From the NCBI RefSeq assembly GCF_037042905.1, contig NC_087252.1:8868001-8932000 (forward strand): a stretch of DNA of 64,000 bases, written 5' to 3'. Under the pieces are notes generated by a model, which worked only from the letters and a program-made list of their open reading frames with translations, was not told the DNA's origin and did no database searches. Of the stretch, positions 12,127-25,200 are shown in pieces. Source of the DNA: Lytechinus pictus. Its lineage: Eukaryota. The position numbers and the translations under genes are program-made. Position 1 is the stretch's first letter. Each line of letters starts with the position of its first letter.

Positions 12127-13419
12127 AGCAATACGTATTCGACATACTATTAGGGCATACCCTAGGCAAAAGTCCAAGTCGATATAGGGGGGGGGGGTAC
12201 CTTTAAATGTGGAAAATAAGTTTTGATGGATATTTGTATCAAATAAATAGGTAGGATCATCATTTTCAAGAGAGGACTCCCCCGCGCCTCTGGTTTGTAC
12301 GGACGGACATTCGTTATTTACGGCGTGCGAGGAAACAATCAGCTTATTATTTTTTTTTTCTACCACCACACTTTCGGCTCAGCACCCACCCCTACTTTAA
12401 TTTGACCTAGGTGAGAACTAAAGAAAAAAGAACATTTCTTACCGCAAATTGATGCAAAAAATAGTTGAATGTAGATACAACTATAAACAATGGTGTCAAC
12501 TCTGCTCATTCCCATATTGACCAAGTAGCATGAACACTTGAATGCGAAATGTAAGGTATAGTTTGAGGCAGTTAAGGTGTGTCGTGTTGGATATATCAAC
12601 TGTATTTATTTGTGTTTAACTTCCTTTCCGGAAGTGTATTTGAAGATCACCTTTCAGGTCCTGGACACTTTCCGATTCTTTGAGGAAATGAAAGGAAATT
12701 CGAACCCATATGACGCATGCATTCAACAAAATGTTTATATAAAAACAGATTAAGAATACAAATTATCTGGTTTAGCTCTTATTCTAAGAGTTAAAGTGAT
12801 TTTTGTGCCATTAACTAAGGAAGAATTACTGAAACAACAAAAATTGTCCTTTATACGCAATAAAAACTGAGTTCCAAGAGAAACTGATTAAATTTGACAA
12901 GGGCACTACACATCATTCACTTTTCTTCATCGAAGGTAAAAAAAATTACAAGAGAAAGACCAATGAAAATGGGATGGAATTAAACCTTCTTAGTTTATTA
13001 CACATTCATTCACGGGCACGTTTTAGTGATTGGCTCAATCATTCAGAAGCTAAATGAATTATGATAAGAACTTAAAATTGACTGGAACAATTGCACAGCC
13101 ACTCATGGATCCGCGGGGGATGCCATGGAAAGCGGTGGATAATCTGAAAACAAAGGGTATCTATATTTAGTACTTCAAACAGCCGCACAAGTAGCCAAAA
13201 AGAAAAACACCCAAAGCACCATGGTCTTCGTCTAATGAGGGCTACTGATGTGGAATATTGTATAGCTAAATAGAAATTACGATAAATTTTCTCTGCTAGA
13301 TTCGAGTCTAGTACAGTCAGTCCTTGGTCGAAATGCCCGAAGAAACCATAGCATTCATAGTAGTAGCTGCATTCTATTGCTTTCAATTGTGTTTCTGGAG
13401 ACCATATACATGATATACG

Positions 13420-13455
<36 letters not shown>

Positions 13456-13549
13456 GGAGTCAAATCACAAGAACATGTAATGTGCAGTGCGCCTTCTTGG
13501 TTTGCACTAGGTTGAATTCAAATACTTTATTTAGATATTCGTTTTAATA

Positions 13550-14535
13550 CCGTGCGTATCAAAAAAAGTTTACACTTAAAACAAATCCTGTAAAATTATA
13601 CATTTGTAATATCCTGAAGATTTTTCCACATTTTAACATTTGGTAGAGATTCATTCAACAAATTACGATATAACTGTCGAAAATATTTCCGCTTGACTGA
13701 GCACCACTTACTTTTTTAAAGTTAGTGAAAGATGATTTGCGCAGAACTTTGAAATAGTTATGTGAAGAAAGGAAGACATTAATCATGAAGAACACGTGGA
13801 ATTTAACTAGTAAAATTGATTTGAAGATTTCTTTTACCTTTTTTTATACTTGTTTCCTTGCCCAAAACACTTCGAAGAGTGCATTGCGCCCCACCCCACA
13901 CCCCCATACACCGAGGCCATCGTGACGATATTTGCTTCACACTGAGCTGGGATTTACATGAAATGGCCTAGGCCTGATTTTCATTATGTTAATCATTGTC
14001 AAGCTTGGGAAAAGTGTGGAGAAACAAGGCATTAAATGAAAAATGAAATGTAAACCCCACTTTAAATGATAAGAACTTAGTGAAAAAATGCTGGAGATGT
14101 CTGATATAAAGTTTTGTTCAGATTTAGTTATGTCCTCAGATCCAGCTGGCACTAAAAGGTTACATGTTGTGCTTACTAAGTGTTGAAATTTCAATTTGGG
14201 TGGCAAAATTGTTACAAAATGCTTGAATGTATCCGTTTATTTCAATTGACTAAAAGTTCAAGGGAAATGTATAAAAAATGTTTCGCAGGGTAAGTTTGAT
14301 TTTGCCCTTTCCCCTTGACACAGGATGAAAACGAGCATTTCTGCGCAAAAAGATTTCTGCGAGCTTCACAAAAATGGACAATGCTCACTGAAGCGTAACA
14401 TTCTGTCAAAACTTTTATTTTCATTGGATAAATGAGACCCGAACCTAAGATTATATGTGAAAAATAGTCCACCCGTTGTATATTTTTTAATTCCCAGGGC
14501 TTTTTCAAAGTGTAAACTTTTTTTGATACGCACTG
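13550..14535. mobile_element. Tc1/mariner-like MITE (about 985 bp)
   Basis: TIRs ccgtgcgtatcaaaaaaagtttacactt / aagtgtaaactttttttgatacgcactg, flanked by TA on both sides. Confidence 0.85.
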
Positions 14536-15893
14536 TATATTATCTTCATCCTATTTTGTCATTATCATACAGATGAAATAAAAGGAAGTTATGGTGTATT
14601 ATGAAAGACAGAGTGAAAGCACCTTTAACTTATCTTAACTTGTCTCACATAGGCAGTGGCGTAGCTACGGGGGGGGGGGGGGTGGGGGCACGTGCCCCCC
14701 CCCCCCCCCTGAGATTTGGTGTGCCCTCCAGTCGGCGATCAGTCGGGTCGTCTGCGACTGGCTTGCGACTGAGTGAGGGGAGATGTGACGTCACAGCTCT
14801 TGTCAGCTTGATAGTCACAGTACAGCTTTGGTCACAGACGTAGAGATATATACAGACCAGTCAGAGACAAGTCGCAAGGAAAATCGTAAGGATTCGACAG
14901 ATTTGACATGTCGAATCCTTATGACTCGACTGAATCGCAAGCTCAGTTCAACTTTCAGCCAATTAGATAGGAGAGTTGGGAGAGTTGGGAGAGTTGCACG
15001 ACGCGTATATGATACACAATGCGCATACGCATCAGTAAGCGCAATTTCTCAGTTGCTATGGCAAAAAGCAAAAAGCGCATGCGTCAGTCGCAAGGTGTGC
15101 GGTGTCGTGGCTAATGACTACCAACGAACGTAGAGGGCAGCAACACACAAGCGTGTTGCTCTAGATCTAAGGAAGGTCAAATCCGCTCGAATTTTGTGAC
15201 CACTCTAAAAAATAAGGTGGGTTTTGGGGAACTTTGTAGAGTTGATTTTTTTTCATTTGTTAATTTTAGATATTTCTTAATGAAAAACTTTTAGATCGGT
15301 TATTCTGGGTAATAATATAAAAAATATTACTACTATTTTTGAAGAAAATATTTTACCTTAAATAATCATGATTTTGACATTTTTCCTCATTTTGGAATAT
15401 TAAGTCTATGACGAGGATACCTCTGGTCTGTTATTTTCTTCTGCTAAATTTCGCTGCACCACTAATAAATGCATAGACAACCACCGTAATAATCGAGGTC
15501 ATTTTTCTGGCCTGGGTGCGCCGAGTCTGGGCCGGTCGTGTAGCTAGCTAGTGACGCTGATGATGCGCTGGGGCTTCAGGCGACTCGTCATAGATCTTCT
15601 AGCAACTTAGACAATGACGTCTAATTTGCCTGGCCTGATTTGAAGGGTAATGGCTTCAGGGCTGATGTTTATCAACGATGATTGTTCAAGGTTAGATTTC
15701 AAATTTTAAATGTCATTTGACTTTTAAGTCTATAAATCTGAAATAAAGGTGCTGTATCCCCGAAATCCGGGTCTAAATTTCAACTCCGAGTCCGAGACCA
15801 TGGCATGGACGGCGAAAAACAACAACCCATGCATCGGATGCATTGCATTGGCTGCGCGCAGTGCTGCAGCTGCACTGTGATGATGGGAGAAAA

Positions 15894-18800
15894 CAACGAA
15901 CGTAGAGGGCAGCAACACGCTTGTGTCAAGGCCCTATATAAACAAGGTTGCGACACCGGAAGTAGCCGTCATTTGCTCATGGAGCTTTTGAATAGTTCCA
16001 AACTCACCGAAGTTTGTGTACAAAGTCAATGGGAGAGATTTTTCGACAGCAAATTTCAGGTAATTACAATTGTTATTAAGAAAAACAAAATTATAGTTTT
16101 TAAAGAGAATTTTATGTGCTTCATTTTGATATGATTGGTTTGCAATAATTTTGAATTTTAACATGCTTTTTTACTAATTTTTAATAGTTCCAAGGCGTAA
16201 ACATGACAGTAAAGATACGGTATGGGACTGGCAACTGTAGCCGGCAGTGCGGCTGGCTTAGTAGCCCGATATACGCTGTGGTTGTGTTTCCTGACGGGCC
16301 GGGTTGGGTGTCCGGACTCACGACATCTCCTTTAATTTTGAAAAGTTTACAAAAAATACAAGCAATGTCTTTGATTTTTTTAAAGCTCAGAATGTAAGAA
16401 AATATTATAAAGAACAAATAATGATGGTGATAAGCATTATTCAAGCTGTATTTTTTGCTTTATTTTGCTGAGAAGTTAGATAAAATTAAAAAAAACAAGT
16501 CAGTGAGATAAACAACAGCAAGCCTAAACTTCTACAATACAAATACAAGGCTTCATTTTTCAGTGTCCGGACACCAAACCCCTCATCGATGTTCCACAGA
16601 TCCAAAACAAATTTCCTGAAAATGAATCCCAAATTTTCTGAAATTCATAGACAATTCCTGGAATTTTCCATTTTGATTTTTAATGAAAATCTGGCAATAT
16701 TAATAATTAATACAGTGAGCCTAAATTTGGTCCAAGAAGTGACCAAAATCAAAAAATAATTTTTTTTTGTTCATCATGTCCTCTTGAAAAATAGGAACAA
16801 AATTACGAAATGACGAGCGCAGAAAATTTTGAGCTCCGACGACGGAGCCTATGTCTGGATCCGGAGGAAGATCTAATGTTAGATCTAAATCTTTGTAAAA
16901 TATTACATGAATATTTTAAAGTTGCTACGGTAAATTGTCATTTAATTGTAATCATGGGCGGATCCAGGATTTTCCAAAAGGGGAGGCACATTTTCCTGAG
17001 GAAAAAATTGACATGCAAAAATAAAAGGTACTTCACGTTCAAAGGGGGGGGGGCACACTTCTGCATTTCTACATTACTACAATTTTTGGATTTCCCTGAA
17101 TTTCCTGGAATTTTTTTCATTTCTGGAACCTTTCCTGGAAAAAGTAAAAATTTCTCGAATTGCGGGAAGAGTGGAAGCACCCCATCCTCTTGCACTCTCC
17201 AACCACTCTTTCTGTCTTGAGTCTATGCAACATTCATGTACAATGCACACTCAAAAAGACAGATCCATTCAGTTATTTGTTTTCATTCTAGACTTAGAAA
17301 TCTTTTTTTTTTATTCACAAGAGCGCTCAAAAACTTTTAATTTTGAGCATATTTTTGTGAGGCCCTCTGTGACTGATGCAGATCTTCATCTCCACAGACT
17401 CTCTTTTTAATCTCTTTTTAATTAGAAAAAAATCATAAATTTCAAGAATTTAATTTAGTTTTGTGCCAAGGCATTTTTTTATGATGATGAATTCACTGTA
17501 TGGTCAAAATTGACTATTCCAAAATATCAAGTATTCATCCAGTCTAGATCAAGAGAAAATTGACAATCTTGTTGACAATCTTGTTCACCACACAGGTTAC
17601 TAACTGTGGACAAGGTTATCACAACCTTGTGATAAAAGTGGTGTTAGCTTAGCACTGCATTTTTTAAAAGTGGTTTAAGACCACATGGATGTTATCACAA
17701 CCTTGTAGTATTGGACAAGTGCCCCTATCATACCACTAGTTGCATGTCCGGACAGGTTGGGTATCTAGACCAAAAATTTCTTCGACTAGGCCAAGTAATT
17801 TGAAATGGTTTGGAATTAAAATCAATTCTTTGTAGTTTTTCAAAGAAACTTTAAAGGCCTAATTTAGCATACATGCACATGTAGACCTCTACTCTGTTGA
17901 TATGTATGGTGTGATAACTAAGTAATTACAAAAGCCAATGATAATACGTGCTTAGTTGACAAGATAATCATTGATGCACCAAACTTATCTAAGTTAGATC
18001 TAAATTTGGTTTTTTATTCAATTTGATTGTGGAAAATAAAATAGGCCCTACATGTAATTGCTGCCGATTGATCTGTTTTGGATGAGAGGAACTACTGGAT
18101 AAGCCAGTATGCTGTAATAAGATGTGATTATATTACATACATGTAGGGCTACATTGTGCAGTCAATCTTTCTTATTTCCTTGAAATGTTCTCCTTTAAAT
18201 CTTTCATCATGTATCATTCCGCCTGTCTTCTGACCGCATTTTGTGCAATGTTGGATGAGTTCGACTCTCATGAAGTTCCAAATTTAAATTAAGAACTTTC
18301 ATTGGTGGCAACAGCATAAAATGAGGGTCAATCTCTCACTCTCTACCTATTGTTTCTTTTATTTCATATTTAGTGTACATGTAATGATAATATAGTTGGA
18401 TCATGCATTAATTTAGATAGCTGTAAAGAGGTTGTTTTATTAAGCAAATACATTTTAATGCCAATATGAACTTTATATGGCATTGGATGGGTGAGGAGGT
18501 GCCATGGCCACATTAGTTTAGTCTGCAGGCACAGACTGAATGAAACTTGTTCTAAGTGTGGCTCCACGTAAGGACTAGCACATACAAAACTTGCTGTCTG
18601 AGCGAGAGGGCTTTCAGTACACAAGGCATGAGTAGGACGACAAGAACACACTTGTCGCAACGTCAAGATTGGGTGGTCCTTTTCAGGACCAACATTTGCC
18701 CAAGAAAGATACATGATGACCATGAAACCTACTACACTATCTCAGATGTTTTTTGCTACACTATTCTTTTTTGCCATGGAAACTTCCAGAACAACATCTG

Positions 18801-21800
18801 AGATGGTGCAGAGATTGAAGATTTTTGGTCTAGAAAATGTGCAAAGTATTGGCAGTGCAGAAATGAAAGTAATATTTAAAAAAAAAGGAAGCTACATGCA
18901 AACCTATTGGATTACTAAACTCATTTGTCCATGTACTGACACCATGAAAGCATTTAGGGTTATCATAGACTTGGTGGTCAATGATGTTCGAATATGCCTC
19001 GTGAGAATTGAACTCACCCAGTACACAACAAAGAGTTTGTAGCCAAATTGGTACTAGGCTAGACAGGAATAACCATTTCTAGGGATTTATTTAACAATTT
19101 CTGACATTTTACTAAGTGAGAGAAGCCAACACAGTTCAGCAAAACAACCAAATACAGATACTAAAGCTTTTGGTCTAGTACTGTACTAGGCCTACTTGGG
19201 TATTTCACTTTCCTTCGGAATAGTTTTACATCACGGTGGCAACTATAAGGATAACCCTGGCCTGTATCATATATGAAAATAAAATAAAGCATGTTGATCT
19301 CGAGAGCAACGAGGTACATGTATGTAAGGCATTGAAATGGTATAAAATCCAAAGAACACCATGGTATGTTTTTACAGGGCATAAAGGGTAGAAATATTAA
19401 GAACGCTATGAAAAATTCTGTAGCGATAGGAATATATGGGGAAACTAGCACTAGCCTTATTCTGGTGACAACTGACAAGACCACTTATCCAATGTAAAAT
19501 TTTATATAAGTAACCTAACGTTATCCTGTAAACCTTGTGCTGTGTGGTGATTGAAATGAATAAATATTTACTTTCTTTTTTATGTTCTTTTGATCTAAAC
19601 TGGATAAAGCACTTCACTATTTGGTACAGTCCTGGTTGTAAATTCATTTTATGCATTGGCCCCAAGCCCCCAAAATGAATTGAATTCTTGAAATTAATTT
19701 TGTTCTTATTAAAAATAAGGTTAGTAGAATTGAATATTTGCATTCTGCACAGCACTTATCTCACTTTCCATCAATTAATAGGCAATATATGTTTCATCTT
19801 CAAAATCTAAATTCACAAGCTTGATTCAAATTGTCATAGTTGATTTTAATATCAAATGAACATAATTCCCAATTAAGGATACCAATAATCTTTCTTATAA
19901 CATGTTTGCATACATTTTTTGCCTGTACATTTTGTCATGTTTATTTCAACTCACTGCATGTAGATCTAGATCTAACGTTAGATCTATTTGGTATTATCAA
20001 TAGATCTAGTAACATTTTTTGCTGTACTTTTTGTTAATAGGGCCACATGGAAAACCACCAAGTTGATGATATGTGCCGCCCTGTGGCCTATTTAAACATG
20101 TTAAATATCAGAAATAAAATAAAAAATAAATAAATTAAGGGCCCACTCAGTAAAACTCAAGCTAAAGACAAGCACAAAGATATGCTCAAATCATTCATGT
20201 TTTTGAGTGCTCTGGTAAAAAAAAATCAAATTCAGCTAAATTTACAACGGCGCAAAATCTACAATAAGAATTTAGGACATGAAACTAGCTTTATGGCACC
20301 ACATGACATTCCGGTACATACTCACCTCTCGCTCTCCAAACGACCCGTGGGGGGCCATAAAACCTTACATCCAGCCCGACAGTTCCGGGGAAAATTAGTG
20401 CAGCGTCCCGCTCGCTACCAGCAGCAGTGAACATTCGCGGCTTGCGACGAACTCGGTTGCCATTTTTCAAATCAACGATATTTCACGGATTTTGTTATAA
20501 GATTGTACAAATTTGATAAATTTAGGTGGTCGCTAATGTATTGATATGGATGTGCAGTGTACAAATGAATTTCTAACGTCGATTTCCGATATAATTATAA
20601 AAAATGATTCAAAATTTTGCACGCATTTGCAATGGTAGCAGTCGACAAAAAGGCCCGGTTGGAACTATTCGAGATCCTTCAAATTTGACCTTTGACCCCT
20701 CTTGTCGCAACCTTGTTTATATAGGGCCTTGGCTTGTGTGTTTAAGGAAGGTCAACTCGATACGCGCATGCAGCTGAGCTGCGCGCGTATTTTATTGTTC
20801 ATGCCAACGAAATCAAATGCCGATCTAATACAACAACAAATTAGTAGCGATCAAAAAACGAATATGAAAGAATATGACTACAACAATATCAAAGATAACT
20901 TTAAAAATATGTTGAGGAATATACATACATATAAAAACATACTTTGATATTTAAAACTTTACAAATATAAGTTTCAGGAAACTAAAATCATTACCAAATC
21001 GGTGATTGTTGTTGTCAGCGATTTCACCAGACGGCTGTATTAGGTGATTTGCGTCGAGACGATTTTGTGACCACTCGCAAAGCATTTCGGGATTGAATAT
21101 AACCACCTTATTTTCTCTGAGCTCTTCGCTGAACCCATCATCACAGTGCAGCTGCAGCGCAGCGCGCAGCCAATGCAATGCATCCGATGCATGGGTTGTT
21201 TTTTCGCCGTCCATGCCATGGTCTCGGACTCAGAGTTGAAATTTAGACCCGGATTTCGGGGATACAGCGCCTTTATTTCAGATTTATAGACTTAAAAGTC
21301 AAATGACATTTAAAATTTGAAATCTAACCTTGAACAATCATCGTTGATAAACATCAGCCCTGAAGCCATTACACATCAAATCAGGCCAGGCAAATTAGAC
21401 GTCATTGTCTAAGTTGCTAGATCTATGACGAGTCGCCTGAAGCCCCAGCGCATCATCAACGTCACTAGCTAGCTGCGCGACCGGCCCAAACTCGGCGCAC
21501 ACAGGCCAAAAAAATGACCTCGATTATTACGGTGGTTGTCTATGCATTTATTAGTGGTGCAGCGAAATTCAGCAGAAGAAAGTAAGAGATATGAGGTATC
21601 CTCGTCACAGGCTTAATATTCCAAAATGAGGAAAAATGTCAAAATCATGATTATTTAAGCTAAATATTTTCTTTAAAGATAAAAGTAATATTTTTAATAT
21701 TTATACTCAGAATAACCGATCTAATAATTGTTCATTAAAAAATATTTGAAATTAACAAATGAAAAAAAATCAACTCGACAAATTTCCCAAAACCCCACCT

Positions 21801-21887
21801 TATTTTTTAAAGTGGTCACAAAATTCGAGCGGAGTTGACCTTCCTTAGAGCAACACGCTTGTGTGTTGCTGCCCTCTACGTTCGTTG
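15894..21887. mobile_element. P-like MITE copy Y2, inserted inside Y1 in the opposite orientation
   Basis: Same 25-bp termini; perfect TSD ggagaaaa (15886-15893 and 21888-21895). Its body 20743-21847 is the inverse of the Y1 pieces. Confidence 0.9.
15927..20731. mobile_element. 4.8-kb non-autonomous P-like element Z
   Basis: 29-bp perfect TIR caaggccctatataaacaaggttgcgaca; TSD gcttgtgt (15919-15926 and 20732-20739). No transposase ORF seen. Confidence 0.9.
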
Positions 21888-22274
21888 GGAGAAAATAAGG
21901 TGGTCATATTCAATCCCGAAATGCTTTGCGAGTGGTCACAAAATCGTCTCGACGCAAATCACCTAATAGGCCTACAGCCGTCTGGTGAAATCGCTGATAA
22001 CAACAATCACCGATTTGATAATGAATTTAGTTTCTAAAACTTATATTTATAAAGTTTTAAATATTAACGTATGTTTTTAATGTATGTATATTCTCCAACT
22101 GAACTTTTTAATGTTATCTTTGATATCGTTGTACTCATATTCTTTCATATTGTTTTCGTGATCGCTACTTGTATTTGATCGGTGTTTGATTTCGTTGGCA
22201 TGAATAATAAAATGTGCGCGCAGCTCAGCTGCATGCGCGTATTGAGTTGACCTTCCTTAGAGCAACACGCTTGT

Positions 22275-25200
22275 CAGAGTTATCAATAGACAGAGTGGCG
22301 AAACCGGAAGTGTGCTCTGATTGGTCCGATATTTCATGGAGCCCCAATTAGTTCCCTCTGGCATATTTTCTGCGCTTGTGATCTTCTGCTTGGTGCATGC
22401 CTCCGGAAATTTCAATAAACTACACGTTTTCTCACATTTAGTGATTAAATACCTCGACACTTTCAACTCATGGATATATTTTCTAGACGCCAATGTGAGT
22501 ATTTTAACATATAAAGTTACCTTTTTGTAGATACATCTGGTGTTATTTTGCATAAATCGGCTTCCAAAATGATGTCGAAAAAAGTGTTTGGTAAGAGAGA
22601 AAAATTGCATTTTTTCAAGTTTTGTGTAATCATGTTTTGCACAAATTACCTCAACGTGTTGAAAATAGTGTTTTACAATGACTGTCAAGGTTGAATGCTC
22701 TTTTAACAAGTTGTTTCATGTTATTTTGGGGGAAATCCATTTATTTTCTACCAAAAACAGTTCATAAAATTTAGCATATGGGACTACCCTTCATAAGACC
22801 CTAGCCAAAGATAAGGAGCTGCGCCGCCGGAGCTTTCGGCGGCGGAAACCTTAGCCCACTCTATAGGCTGTAGGCGGTTAATTGCAGGGATTGCGCCACC
22901 AACTCAACGGGTGAAGGCACTTTTCAACTTAGTCTAAGTTATATTAGACAGGAATAACCGTCTTTTCTGGGATTTTTAAAAACAATTCCTGACATTTTAC
23001 TATAATCCCCATTAATGTATTGGTGAGTGAGCCAACACAGTTCAGCGGAACATCCAAAATACAGAGACTGAAGCTTTTGGTCTAAAGTTAGATCTAACTT
23101 ACTACTAGTCTTAATCTGAATTTTACTAATATATAGATGGAAATATCCCATTAGAGAGGAAAGTATCCCTATATATATTTAGACTATTTTGTTATTAAGG
23201 CCAAAGTGTTAAAACTCCTGATTTTAGAAAACCTGTATGCCTAGGTCTAATTTAGACCCTAAGACTAGAGTTAATATTAAGACTGAAGGCAGCACTGCAT
23301 GCAGTGCAGTTGAGTTGTTACATTAAAAGTTTTAATCTAGCAAAGGAACTGCAGTGCTCGAGTCTATTTACTCTAGCTGGACTAGGGTCTAGTGAAGATC
23401 TATAGTAGATGTAGACATAGTCTAGGCCTAGTAGATAAAAAAAAATCCAAGTCCAAGACCAGAGCTTACCTATCAAGACAGCCAGTGATTCAATTAAGAT
23501 TACTTTATTAATGCAAACAGAAGAAATGATGATTCAAAGTGCTTTGACCTGTGTCCTCACAAGCAATAATGGATCTACATCTACATGTACAAATATCAGA
23601 TTTGCTGCATGCATGGACCTAGTAGGTCCATGCTGCATGTAACCCACCTGTGCTAGGGGGGGGGGGGGTGATTGTCATGAGTTCATCTAGCTAAAATTAT
23701 GTTAGTACAAGTTCAGGGCCTATACTGACAGTACTCACTACTGTACCTTTATTCACTCATAGAGTATGTTAGCTTTGTGTGATTAATTCAATATGTGTTA
23801 ACGTATGTATATGCTTTGACCTTATGACAAAAATGGCACAGGTCTAATAGTCACATTATGGATTATCTGCTGGTTATTGTACTTGCTCACTAATTTTGTT
23901 ATCATAATGGCATGTGCTTTCAAAGGTCATGCAATTAAGGTAATGACTTCAGTGACTACAAGTTTTAAGCATCAACTTTGGAAACGACTAGCTGAACAGA
24001 GTCCCGGGAACAGAAATTAATACATTTAAAGGTGATTTCTGATAAGTCATAGACTGTAATCAATAATTATCATTGTTTTCTGGGGTTGCCACGCAGTCAA
24101 GCTTAGCTTAAAGTTAAGTGGCAACCCCTGCAACCTTTTAAAATCATATTTGGTTTATTTGAAGATTCATGTCATTTGTATTTTCTGATGTTATGTTTTA
24201 TTTATTGTAATTATTGTATTATAATTTTGTTTTGGAAAAATGAATAAATAAATAAATGAAATGAAATAAATGAAATGAAAAATATCAATATGTATTAATA
24301 TAAAATGCAATTTGTTCAATGTTTTGCTTGTCAGTTATCCGTATATTATTATTGTGTTTTCTTTGTTAATGTGTTTAGGAAAAAGTGTTGCAGAAACCAA
24401 TAAATGAAATGAAATGAAATATCTCAGCTGAAAATGTTTTAAAACAATTTATCAAGGAATGAATGCAAGATCGAACTTAAGTAAAATATATGTTCATTCC
24501 CCTTTGTAATAATTGTGCAATTTTGAAAGAATGAACAACTTTACATTGATATCAATTTTATGTATAATTGGTTTTTTATTTTCATAAATTTGTCGTTTCC
24601 ACAAATGCATCATGTCATTGGGACTATTGTATTACATTTTCAATAAAATTTCCTTGTCATCACCTTATGTTGCAGGATGTACATTTTTATTTCCATATAC
24701 CCATCTGTTTTTTTTAGGTTATATCAAAATGCATTTCCATATAGTGTCTGTTATTCAAATTTAAATTCATTAATAAAAAATCTAGTTTATTTAAAATCGA
24801 TTCAACAGCCTGAATGTCTAATTCACTGCATGTGATAATGTAAATGGGAAAATTGAAAAAATAAATTGTTCACCCTTATTCTTTTCACCAAGATGTGATT
24901 TTCCAATTGAAATTTATTTTCATTTTTATTTTCATTCTAAATAGGCTTATATATAGGATGTGCACGCGCAAATCAAAGTTATTTATGATTATAATCAGTT
25001 GAGCTTTAGTGGATGTGAAGGAGGGAGTGGCATAACACAATATTACAAACAAAGTATTGTTTGGATCCACCTTCTTGTGCATAGAGAAATATATTTCTTA
25101 CATGGAAATCACTTATGATGTCTTATTGTTTTCTCTTTCAGATAAATCCTATCAGGTTATATGCAGTCTAGTTATTTTGTCTCTCATTTTCAATATTCGT

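Noticed and set aside
13072..13395. Signal-peptide or 5' exon of the Sushi gene (MVLWVFFFLATCAAV)
   Set aside because: It is followed immediately by a stop, and no convincing donor was found.
20325..20463. THAP-domain or transposase first exon in element Z (minus strand)
   Set aside because: There is an ATG, a Cys-rich frame and a donor, but also stops and no C2CH/AVP signature; not supportable without an HMM search.
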